Positions 20,278 through 29,900 of a DNA stretch of 63,810 nt are shown here, piece by piece; positions within the stretch are counted from its first letter, which is position 1; each line of letters starts with the position of its first letter. Location of the stretch: positions 1 through 63,810 of the forward strand of contig JAOPTX010000021.1 in the NCBI GenBank assembly GCA_051532055.1. The letters run 5' to 3'. Made by a program: the position numbers and the translations under genes. The notes beneath the pieces are model-generated. The model was not told where the DNA came from and searched no databases. It was given only the letters and a program-made list of their open reading frames with translations. The stretch is from Fibrobacterales bacterium (GTDB lineage: Bacteria; Fibrobacterota; Fibrobacteria; Fibrobacterales; JAOPTW01).

Positions 20278-23200
20278 TTATTGCACTATGCTGTGACTAA
20301 TTTCTGAATTGATCAATAGATCCAAACGACCATGGTTATCATTTACGTGTACTGAAATATTGTCAAGTGAGACACTACCACTTGCGTTGTTATTAATTTC
20401 ACTTTTAAGTTCTATTGCTGATAGCCAAAGGGAGTCCGGGAACCCTGCGGTATTAATGGCGTAGTTTATAAATGGCTGAATGCTAAATGCACCGGTATAG
20501 GTGTTTAAGGTGTCATTACTGTGTCGAAATTGAAAATATCGATATCCATCCTCATATTGGTGGCAAAGATCAAAAGTAATTTGATTAGACTTTATTTCTT
20601 CAATCAAACTGGGGTTTATCGCATTTAGATCACATGCCCAGCGGCCAGGATTCCAGTTTAAGAATATCGGCATTTCAGAATATATTATACCGTGGCTATG
20701 AGGTGATGGTATTTCTGTGGTGAATACCAGATTAATCATATGGGCAAAGAACTCGTCATTTTCTGAAGTGATCTCTAGATTTTCAATATCTAACATTAAA
20801 GAGTTGATGTTGGATATTTGAATAGGGAGTATGGTTGTTGAAGAGGTATTTGGGAGTAGAAAGACTGGATTATCTCCGTATCCATGGGTTCCTAATTGAA
20901 TGCCAACGTGGTCTGGTCTATCGCTACCTCCAAGACAAATATCTCTACTAAAATTCCATAGGAGGGTACCACTGGTTTCTATTGACGTTTGATAAATGGC
21001 TTGGTCGCATGCTAACTCTCTGCTCCCCCATGCCTCATTAAATAGTCTGAAATCACCCAGTTCAAAGCTATGAGCAGATTCAAAAGAGGTTGAATCGTGA
21101 TACGTGTCAATGTGAGCATATATATGGAGGCCTGGTTGCGTCACACGTATGGATAATAGAGTGTCTATGATACTGCCTGATTCAATGAGAATACCAGCAT
21201 CAAAACTCCAAGTGTTGAACCCTAAACGTGGTGTTGATACTTGAATAATATGGTTAGGTGAAACTGAAATAGTGTCTGGTTTAGTACAGCTTTCAAGTGG
21301 ATTACATTGGATGATTAGTGATCCGGTCACACTGGGTGATTCTTCGGATATCAATGAAATACCATTACAGGTGACAAGGGCGTAGAGGTAATAGCCAAAA
21401 TCATTTGTTGTGATTGTATAGGTGTTAGCGTTTGCTCCTTGTAAGGCGATTCCACCAAAGCTTGAGTTGGGGGTGCGATACCACTGATACTCTATTGTAA
21501 TATCTGAATCTATATCGTTACACCCAAGATTATTGATTGTTAAAGTGCTGTCAATATGTGAATTGCCAGAGAGGATGGGTTGTTGTGTAAAAACGGAAGG
21601 GTCATCGACAGGAGTAATATCGAGATATATAGATATGGTGTCACCGAAAAGTGGTGTGTCTTGATAATTGATGGAGAGGAGCACAGAATCAAGACCCGTT
21701 GCATTGGTATCTGATTTGTAAGAGAGTATACCATTTTGAGAGAGTAAAATGTTTCCTTTTGAGGATTGCTTTTGGATGTTCCAGATTAGAGGTGAGCTTT
21801 CGTTGGTATCTATTTTTAGTTTTACAAGATCTGTTAGCTGTTGGTCTTCTTGAATGATGATAGAGGAGAGTGGTTTGTTGAGAATAGTTAACGGAGTATC
21901 GTTGGTATTTTGAATTGAGAGAGTAATTGAATCAGCGGTGCTTTCAAGGGAGTCATGAACCGAGATGAGACACTTTATTTCTGAGGCTTGTTCAAAGTCG
22001 AATGATTCTAGTGGGGTGATCATTCCCGTTATAGAATCAATAATGAAACGATCATCGTGGATTGTAAATCGAAGAGCATCATTGTCTGTATCGCTCGCTA
22101 TAACCGGGCCAAATGATGTTAATGAGTTCTCGGATATCATAAATTGTTGAGGAAGTATTACGGGTGGAGTATTTATTTTAACTGTGATTGAATCAATAGC
22201 TGTGTTTGAGTCATTGTCTATTATCATTATAGAAATTGGTAAAAGTGCTCCTGGTGTATTGGGTACGATTAACTGTACTGGATTACCAATAACCTGAAAT
22301 TGTGTTGCCATGCCATGCTTTAGCCAAATAGACTCCACTGTTCCACTGTTAAGGGTGTCTGTGGCTAAAAAGTCAATCTGAATAGTATCATTTGCTTTGA
22401 CGGCTTTATGGGGTTGAAGGGTCAGTGATGGCTTTGTGTTCCATGGGTTTATTGCTGTAAAGTTGATTATGGGGGTTGTTATGTTGAACCCTTTTTCCAT
22501 AAACCCTGTTCGATTGTTTAATGGATTGTAAATGTGAACTTCAGCGTTATAGTATTCACTTGTACTCGATGTTTCCCATAATCCATTGAATTCTCCGGTG
22601 AGTGGATCATAGGACGTAGGTCTGAGTATGGTGTCTTGAAGAGAGTCCCCTGTTATGATTATGTTGATACTTGAAACATCAGATTTGTTGTCTGCAATTG
22701 AGCCATTAAATGTAAAGTTTTTAGTGGGGTTTGTTGGCTCTGTTGGCTTTGCGTATTGGGGGAGTGATGCGATGAGTTGAGAAAGGGTATCTGTTGAGGG
22801 GAGTAATTTGGAAAATAGCAATTCAATAGGATGATTATGGAGAACTGCAGAGTCTTTAAGTGCAGTTAAAAACCGTATTGTATCTGGAGTTTGGGCTATG
22901 GTATACGAGTGTATATTGTGGTCTTTGAAGGCTTGGTATATAAAATGCAGATTGGTGTCACTTGATGTGAATACAATTGCAATAGCACTATTTGTTAATA
23001 GTGCTATGTTGTTTTCGACGGTATTTTTAAAATTGAGGGAGTCATTCAATGAATCGGGTAATGGGTGCCTTACGTTGTTGTATTTGTTAATCAACGTGCT
23101 TGATAATGTATCCATCAATGTAGGTGGCATTATGTTGGGTTGATCTATTATAAAATCTGCGTGCTTATGGGCTATAACTACACCATCAGAATAGCACGAA

Positions 23201-23484
23201 TATTTAATGGTGATGTTTGATTTGCGAGTGCTTTGTATTGGGATTGTGATTATGGATTTGTTTGTTATTGAGTCTATAAGAGTGGATTCAATATCATTAT
23301 TGTTATATAAGTAACGAGTAGATTCTTGGTCAGATATTTTATGAACAATAACACTATCTAGTATCGTTTCAGGAGAAGTCATTATGGTAATAGTGTATTC
23401 TCTTTCATAGGAAGTGTTACTTGGGAGTTGACATGAAGAGATTATAAAAAGTAGAGAAAGAAGTAAATATTTATGAAAAGACAT
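20278..23484 (-). CDS. Surface lipoprotein: Ig-like base, cadherin/Ig-like stalk, C-terminal GH12-like domain
   Basis: Start reassigned to MSFHKY with lipobox ISSC; cadherin motifs (ISEN, ASDTD, FDFEQ, NTNDTP); last ~250 aa align by eye with the neighbouring GH12-like genes. Confidence 0.75.
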   Translation of the reverse strand: MSFHKYLLLSLLFIISSCQLPSNTSYEREYTITIMTSPETILDSVIVHKISDQESTRYLYNNNDIESTLIDSITNKSIITIPIQSTRKSNITIKYSCYSDGVVIAHKHADFIIDQPNIMPPTLMDTLSSTLINKYNNVRHPLPDSLNDSLNFKNTVENNIALLTNSAIAIVFTSSDTNLHFIYQAFKDHNIHSYTIAQTPDTIRFLTALKDSAVLHNHPIELLFSKLLPSTDTLSQLIASLPQYAKPTEPTNPTKNFTFNGSIADNKSDVSSINIIITGDSLQDTILRPTSYDPLTGEFNGLWETSSTSEYYNAEVHIYNPLNNRTGFMEKGFNITTPIINFTAINPWNTKPSLTLQPHKAVKANDTIQIDFLATDTLNSGTVESIWLKHGMATQFQVIGNPVQLIVPNTPGALLPISIMIIDNDSNTAIDSITVKINTPPVILPQQFMISENSLTSFGPVIASDTDNDALRFTIHDDRFIIDSITGMITPLESFDFEQASEIKCLISVHDSLESTADSITLSIQNTNDTPLTILNKPLSSIIIQEDQQLTDLVKLKIDTNESSPLIWNIQKQSSKGNILLSQNGILSYKSDTNATGLDSVLLSINYQDTPLFGDTISIYLDITPVDDPSVFTQQPILSGNSHIDSTLTINNLGCNDIDSDITIEYQWYRTPNSSFGGIALQGANANTYTITTNDFGYYLYALVTCNGISLISEESPSVTGSLIIQCNPLESCTKPDTISVSPNHIIQVSTPRLGFNTWSFDAGILIESGSIIDTLLSIRVTQPGLHIYAHIDTYHDSTSFESAHSFELGDFRLFNEAWGSRELACDQAIYQTSIETSGTLLWNFSRDICLGGSDRPDHVGIQLGTHGYGDNPVFLLPNTSSTTILPIQISNINSLMLDIENLEITSENDEFFAHMINLVFTTEIPSPHSHGIIYSEMPIFLNWNPGRWACDLNAINPSLIEEIKSNQITFDLCHQYEDGYRYFQFRHSNDTLNTYTGAFSIQPFINYAINTAGFPDSLWLSAIELKSEINNNASGSVSLDNISVHVNDNHGRLDLLINSEISHSIVQ

Positions 23485-23542
23485 AGGTTGCTCGTATGTG
23501 TACGTAAAGAAAAAGTATGATTTTAAAGGTAGAAAAATTTTA

Positions 23543-23560
23543 TGTAAATAAATCTTTACA
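23543..23560. promoter_or_regulatory. Palindromic operator TGTAAA-N6-TTTACA (TyrR-box-like)
   Basis: TGTAAA TAAATC TTTACA about 60 nt upstream of the lipoprotein start; recurs at 38971 and, with one mismatch, at 31184. Confidence 0.6.
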
Positions 23561-23632
23561 GTTGAACGGGTAGTTTGTGGAATATGGCCGATAGGTAAAT
23601 ACTGTAAACTGATAATTGTTTTATTTCCAAAT

Positions 23633-23660
23633 AAAAAAGCACCCCAGGGTGAGGTGCTTT
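23633..23660 (-). terminator. Intrinsic terminator of GH12-like gene 1
   Basis: AAAGCACCTCACCCTGGGGTGCTTTTTT on minus strand. Confidence 0.8.
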
Positions 23661-23685
23661 GAAAATGTGACAATAGTGTGGAAGA

Positions 23686-25047
23686 TTACTGAATCTTAAC
23701 TGCTTTCATGATATAGAGCCCTTCAGATGTCTCTTTTGATGAGTGCAATAAGATGTTTTTTGATTCAGACTGTGCTTCGAATTGTGTAACGACATTACCA
23801 AGTGCGTCAAAGAGTGATACCGAATAACGGCCTTCTTCTTTTACTTTGATTGCTGTGGCTGATTGCGTTGGAGATACTCGATACATGAGTGATGTACCGC
23901 TGTTGGTATTGGTGTTATTGAACAATGCACTTGTTTCTGAGCTTTCTTCTTGTTTCTCTTCAGAAGATTCAGCTTGTGAAGACTCTTCTCCCACTTCTTC
24001 ATCACTGGATGATTCGCTCGAAGATTGTGTGGCAGATGAAGGTTCAATACTTGAGCTCGAGCTTGAGACTGTTTCGCTTGAGCTTGAAACGGCTTCACTT
24101 GATGATTCTGGTTCTGAACTTGATGATACTATTTCAGTAGGATCAAAGAATTCAACACCTCGTGATTCGCCATTAACTTCAAAAGTCAGGTCTTTCCAGC
24201 TTACAGTGCCACTGGTCCCGTCGTCAATTTCAGTGCCGAGCTCCAGTCGAGACACCCATAAGTCTCCAGAGAATCCAGCATTGTCAACAAGCCATTGGAT
24301 AGTTTTTTTGACATCTAAAACCCCGGTATAGTTATCGACACTTTTCCAATCTGCGCCATCGCCAGTTCTAAATTGATAATATCTCCATTGAGGGCTTTGG
24401 TTTGGAGGCCAGTTGTCATCTTGGTGGCAGAGGCGGTAGTTTTGACCACTCAAATCGAAGCCGCCACCTTTGTTACATTCCCATCGCCCACCATTCCATC
24501 CAAAAAAGATCATGAGTTCTGCGTAAGCCTTATCGTGATTTCCCGTAATTGGGTGTTCCTCTGTAAACCACATCTCAAAATTTAAGTTCCATGATCCGCC
24601 ATCACCCAATGAAATTCTGTAATCATTGATGTCGATACTCATTGAATTAATATTTTTAATTTGAATGGGGAGTAAATCAGTTGAAGAGTAGTCGGGGGTT
24701 GTTACTAAATTTTTTGCTGTTCCAAAAGGGTGGACGCCAAACTCAATTTCAGGATAATCTGGTTTTCCACCACCTCCTCCACAACCATATCGATGGAAGT
24801 CATAACCAAAACTTCCATCGTCACGTACAAAGCTGGTGTACTCTGAATTGCCGCATCCGAGCTCTTTTGAGCCCCAGTTGTTGTTTATGAGTCTCATATC
24901 CCCTAATTTAAACCAATCAAGTGGTTCGCTTGTCTCTACTCCTTTTTTGGTGTTCTCTACGCCCATTTCATCGGGTGCGCCAATCGCAGTAGATGAAATT
25001 ACAGCAATTGCACCTAAAAAGGCGCATAACTTGGTATGTCCAATCAT
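23686..25047 (-). CDS. Secreted GH12-like glycoside hydrolase with Ser/Glu-rich linker and T9SS-like C-terminal tail
   Basis: Signal peptide; INNNWG, YPEIEFG, AELMIFF, LGTEI match the GH12 pattern with both catalytic Glu; tail VSLFDALGNVV...EGLYIMK; GGAG RBS favours ATG 25047. Confidence 0.75.
   Translation of the reverse strand: MIGHTKLCAFLGAIAVISSTAIGAPDEMGVENTKKGVETSEPLDWFKLGDMRLINNNWGSKELGCGNSEYTSFVRDDGSFGYDFHRYGCGGGGGKPDYPEIEFGVHPFGTAKNLVTTPDYSSTDLLPIQIKNINSMSIDINDYRISLGDGGSWNLNFEMWFTEEHPITGNHDKAYAELMIFFGWNGGRWECNKGGGFDLSGQNYRLCHQDDNWPPNQSPQWRYYQFRTGDGADWKSVDNYTGVLDVKKTIQWLVDNAGFSGDLWVSRLELGTEIDDGTSGTVSWKDLTFEVNGESRGVEFFDPTEIVSSSSEPESSSEAVSSSSETVSSSSSSIEPSSATQSSSESSSDEEVGEESSQAESSEEKQEESSETSALFNNTNTNSGTSLMYRVSPTQSATAIKVKEEGRYSVSLFDALGNVVTQFEAQSESKNILLHSSKETSEGLYIMKAVKIQ
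23756..23992. repeat. Direct repeat copy 1 (~235 nt identical to 25415-25651)
   Basis: Base-by-base comparison; near-identity extends over the whole linker and tail. Confidence 0.95.
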
Positions 25048-25288
25048 TATTTTCTCCATGTAGTATGTTCGAGTTGTGTGAGCTCGAATGAGTATTGAGT
25101 GTTGTGTACTCGATTTGTTGTGTTGACAATTAATCTACACTTAAATTGGGGGAGTGTGGATGCTGTAAATATTACTTTTAGGAAGGTAATAGGGTAATTA
25201 GTGTTTTTTGTAAAATAATGTGGGTATACTCGATCTAGATGTCTTTCATATTTGCAGGACAGTAGACACGCATTCGGGGTTAAATGAT

Positions 25289-25315
25289 AAAAAAGCACCT
25301 CATAATGAGGTGCTT
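25289..25315 (-). terminator. Intrinsic terminator of GH12-like gene 2
   Basis: AAGCACCTCATTATGAGGTGCTTTTTT on minus strand; same outer stem as 23633-23660. Confidence 0.8.
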
Positions 25316-25344
25316 ATACAATGTAACGATTTTGTGCTAAAAAT

Positions 25345-26685
25345 TTACTGAATCTTAACTGCTTTCATAATATAGAGCCCTTCAGCGGTCTCTTTTGATG
25401 GGTGCAACATAATATTTTTTGATTCAGACTGTGCTTCGAATTGTGTAACGACATTACCAAGTGCGTCAAAGAGTGATACCGAATAACGGCCTTCTTCTTT
25501 TACTTTGATTGCTGTGGCTGATTGCGTTGGAGATACTCGATACATGAGTGATGTACCGCTGTTGGTATTGGTGTTATTGAACAATGCACTTGTTTCTGAG
25601 CTTTCTTCTTGTTTCTCTTCAGAAGATTCAGCTTGTGAAGACTCTTCTCCCTCTTCTTCATCACTAGATGATTCGCTCGAAGACTGTGTGGCAGATGAAG
25701 ACTCAATACTTGAGCTTGAGACTGCTTCGCTCGAGCTTGAAACAGCTTCACTTGATGATTCTGGTTCTGAGCTTGATGATACTACTGCTGTAGGATCAAA
25801 AAATTCAACACCACGAGACTCCCCATTCACATTAAAGGTAACATCGTCAAAGGTGACTGTTCCAGATGTCCCATCATCAATTTCAGTGCCGAGTTCGAGA
25901 CGTGCAACCCATAGGTCCTCAGAAAACCCTGCATTAGCAACAAGCCATTGAAGTGCTTCTTTGACATCTAATGTGCCATTAAAACTAGTGTTCCTGGCGG
26001 CATCATTGCCCCCGTCGCCAGAACGAAACTGATAATATCTCCACCCACCCCAGTCATCTCTTTGATGGCAGAGTCTATATGTTTGGAAGTATTGATCTGT
26101 TTCACAGGGTACCCATCTATTTTGATTCCACCCCCAGAAAATCATGAGTTCTGCATAGGCATTCTCATGAGAGCCTGTTACGGGGTCCTGGTCAGTTAAC
26201 CACATTTCGAAGTTTAGGTTCCAGCTTGCATCGTTTGTTAAGTCGATACGGTAATTGGTAATGTCAATTGTTAAGTTATCAATGTCTTTGATTTGTAGAG
26301 GGAGTAGATCTGTTGATGAGTAGTCTGGTGTGGTTACGAGCCCTTTATTTACTCCAAATGGATGAATACCAAATTCTATTTCGGGATAATCTGGTTTCCC
26401 TTTGTCGCCACCATTACAGTTGAATCTTGAAAAATTCCATCCAAAAGACCCATCATCGTTTACAAAAATTGAGTAATCATTGTTGCATCCTAGTTCTCTT
26501 GTGCCCCAGTCATTATTAATAAGACGCATATCGCCAAGCTTAAACCATGCTAGTGACTCATTGTCTGTTGTGTCTTTTTGGGGTACATTCTCAACTCCCA
26601 TTACATCTGGTGCAGCAAGAGCGGATGTCGCCATGCAACCAGTAACAGCCAAGAGAGTAAAAACCCTTTTGAATTCAATCATCAT
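25345..26685 (-). CDS. Secreted GH12-like glycoside hydrolase paralog 2
   Basis: INNDWG, YPEIEFG, AELMIFW, LGTEI; same linker and tail as paralog 1. Confidence 0.75.
   Translation of the reverse strand: MMIEFKRVFTLLAVTGCMATSALAAPDVMGVENVPQKDTTDNESLAWFKLGDMRLINNDWGTRELGCNNDYSIFVNDDGSFGWNFSRFNCNGGDKGKPDYPEIEFGIHPFGVNKGLVTTPDYSSTDLLPLQIKDIDNLTIDITNYRIDLTNDASWNLNFEMWLTDQDPVTGSHENAYAELMIFWGWNQNRWVPCETDQYFQTYRLCHQRDDWGGWRYYQFRSGDGGNDAARNTSFNGTLDVKEALQWLVANAGFSEDLWVARLELGTEIDDGTSGTVTFDDVTFNVNGESRGVEFFDPTAVVSSSSEPESSSEAVSSSSEAVSSSSIESSSATQSSSESSSDEEEGEESSQAESSEEKQEESSETSALFNNTNTNSGTSLMYRVSPTQSATAIKVKEEGRYSVSLFDALGNVVTQFEAQSESKNIMLHPSKETAEGLYIMKAVKIQ
25415..25651. repeat. Direct repeat copy 2
   Basis: Identical to 23756-23992 (offset 1659). 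Confidence 0.95.
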
Positions 26686-26918
26686 TTCTCCATTTGTGTG
26701 CGCAAAATCACGCTATATTCCCGATACTAATCTATATAAAAACGGGGGTCTGTGGATTGAATTTTCAATGAATTTGTGCTTTATACACTAACTTGAGGGG
26801 GTGAAGATAATACATTGCAGATTGAAGGGTGCTAGATTGCATCGAGCTTGTAACTTTTGCCTAAGTGCTCAACAAAAGTTGCAGTGCGCAAATTGATGTA
26901 ATATGAGTTTTTGGTAAT

Positions 26919-26946
26919 AAAAAAGGGGCTCTAATAGAGCCTCTTT
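26919..26946 (-). terminator. Intrinsic terminator of 1359-aa adhesin gene
   Basis: AAAGAGGCTCTATTAGAGCCCCTTTTTT on minus strand. Confidence 0.8.
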
Positions 26947-26972
26947 GAATTAAAAACTATTATGGTTTGCAA

Positions 26973-29900
26973 TTAGTCCATTACACACCGTATTGAGAAC
27001 CATAATGCAGATGGTGAAACAGATGTAGGTCTAATTACTGCAGTTGTATTAAAATACAAATAGTAGTTTGGGCTTCCATTTGATGTCCAGAAATTAGCTT
27101 GACCTAAATTTCCATGATGACCACCCTGGGAATGATACATGCCATGTGGTTTGATGTTAAGCCCTGAATTATTGTTGCCTGCACCACTAGACCACAGATC
27201 AGTAGATTTAAGTTCCTGTGCATTTCCGCTAACAGCAGTTGAAAGCTCATCCCATTCTAGTTTGCTTGGAATATGCCAATTTTCTGGGCATGCTCCTTGA
27301 GTCGTACTTGGGTTAGCATTACTTGTAGCATCACCATTAAGTGCGCCACTGTGGTAGTAAAATCTGCCGTAGGTCGAACAGTTCATTAATGAGCTATCAA
27401 CACACCGAGAAGATCCAATTGGCGAATCAAAATCAAGGTTTTCAGACATCCACACCTGATTACTAATACGGACCATACTGTATGTTTTACCGTAGCCTCT
27501 TTTGTCTCTAAATTGTGAAATAGTAAGAGTGATTGAGGCGGTGGTACCACTACCATCTTGTGCGGTGGCAGTTAAGCTGGTAGTGCCAGGGCCTGTCATT
27601 GTTATTACTCCGGTTTGTGTAATTGTTGCAACAAGTGTGTTACTTGAACTCCAAGTAATCCCTCTATTGTGCGCGTTAGACGGGGTGGCTGTAGCAGCAA
27701 GAGTTGCAGCATCTTCGTACATTATCATTGAGAAGCTACTTCTATTAATAGTAATACCACTCACAGGTATTGGCGTCCATTTGGCATAGAGGGCAAGGTT
27801 AGAGGCTGGCATTGTGATTCCTTGACTCAATGTATAGGCTTGCACTCCATTTGCTGAAAGAGCCCATCCAGAAAGGGTATACCCGTTTTTAGTAAAAGCA
27901 GATCCTGAATTCAGTGTTACAGAAGCCCCTGTTGCTGTTGTTAAACCCGCTATAGAACCACTGCCTCCATTATTATTATATGAAACGGCTTGTGTGTTTG
28001 CAGTCCACATAGAATACAGACTCAAATTCCCTGTAGCAGGGCAGTTAATAACAGCGTCATTGGAATATGCCAAAGTGGTGCTTCCACCTGTAAGTGACCA
28101 CCCGGTAAATGTATATCCAGCCCTGGTATACCCATTGGATCTCAGAGTGAGTTGTGTGTCTGTATCACATGATTGACCGTTCGTAGATCCACCAACTCCT
28201 GTTGATGGATATTTATGAAAGGTAACAGTATGGCTTTCTGCAGTCCAGATGGCATAGAGCGAGCTCCCAACAGTTGGCCATTGAATATCTTGTTGGTTTG
28301 TGTAAATAATAGGGCCATTTACTGTGGTTGCCCATCCAGAAAAGGTATATCCTACTTTGCTAAATGGAGTGCTATTTAGGCGCGTTGATACTTGCTCGGC
28401 AGGGGCGATTTGTGATTCAATTGAGCCATCGCCACTATTGGGGTAATAGGTAATGGTAATGGCATTAGCAGACCAAACCGCAAATAATGTTAAATTAGTA
28501 GGGGGTACTTCAATAATAGCTTGGTCAGTATATTCTACAGACCCTTGAGCTGTTGTAGACCAGCCTTCAAAGGTGTATCCTTGACGAGAAACTGAGCCAC
28601 CATTTGGTGTCAGGGAAATGTGATTTCCTGTTTGGACGTACATGGCGGATAAAGACCCTGACCCACCATTGTTATTAAATACTATCAACTGAGTAAGGGC
28701 ATTCCAAACTGCATAAAAAATTACAGGGCCAGCCTCTTTTATATAGGTGGCGCCTTCCGTAAGTTCTGCAGTCTGAGCTGATGTTGATCGTGCCCAACCG
28801 AGAAATTCATAGCCGGGACGGCTGTACTGATTCGCGGGGAGTGTAGTGTGTTCACCAGTCAGTGCTGTCTTCGCGGGAATAGTCCCTGAGCCTCCGTTAG
28901 CATTATAGGTAATACTACTAGAATTTGCTGACCACTTAGCGTATAGATTGAGAGATGTTGTACCCATTGTAAAGGTAGCGGTATTTGCATAAAGTACATC
29001 ATCAGTTTCAGAGAGTGCCCAACCATCAAAGGTATATCCATTATGAGTAAAACTACAAGATGGAATTTCGTATTCAGAGTCGGTATTGGCACCTGATTGA
29101 GGCATGGTACCCGCTGCACCATTTGCGTGAAAAGTGATAGTGTTGAGGTTGGGTGCCCACTGTGCAAATAATGTTACTGGATTGGGGGGCATAGAATATT
29201 CAGCTTCATTCTGTATAGTTGCGACACCATTTTGTGTTTCAGACCAACCAGTGAAATGGTATCCGGTTTTAGTAAAAGTATGAGCAGGGAGGGTAACTAT
29301 TGATTCAGTCGTTGCATTTATGGGGCTCATTGAGCCGACACTGCTGTTTGCATTGAAGGTAAGGGTGTTCTCGTGTGCCGACCAGCGAGCAATGAGTAGT
29401 GTATCTTGTGTGATAGGACTGTCTAAGAAGTTCCAATAGGTCGTTGCCGTGTCATGAGTTATCCAGCCGGTAAATGAATATCCACTTTTAGCAGGAGTGG
29501 CAGGTGCGTTTGCTCGTCCATTCAGTTTTATAATTTGGGTTGGTACCGATGCGCTTGCGCCATTATGATTAAATGTTACTCCATAATGCGGGATGTGAAG
29601 AGTGTCAAGAACAGAATTACTATCATCATCGATAGCTTTTAAAATAAAGATATGAGTACCAGCTTGTTGAAGCGTAGGGACGGCTGTTGATGTTTGAGTT
29701 CCAAGGTCAGTCCATGAGGTGTCATTGGGGAGTTGTAAAAGATAGCGCGATATAGATCCATACTGATCGGTCCCTGACCATGATAGGTAGAGAGAATCAA
29801 CAGCAGGCTTGACAGTGTTGTCATAGTGCATTGAAATTACAGGTAGAGCGATAAGTACATCAATGAATAGCATTTGTTCTACTACATTGCCATCATTGTC

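Noticed and set aside
23485..23673. N-terminal 63-aa extension given in the ORF track
   Set aside because: Spans a terminator and an operator; the lipoprotein signal starts at 23484
25164..25181. Further TGTAAA-N6 box upstream of GH12-like gene 1
   Set aside because: Right half (TTTTAG) has two mismatches in AT-rich DNA; too weak to call
23841..25951. Paired alternative ORFs (23846-24331, 25505-25951, 23841-24098, 25500-25751)
   Set aside because: Shadow frames of the duplicated Ser/Glu-rich linker; their similarity is explained by the DNA repeat
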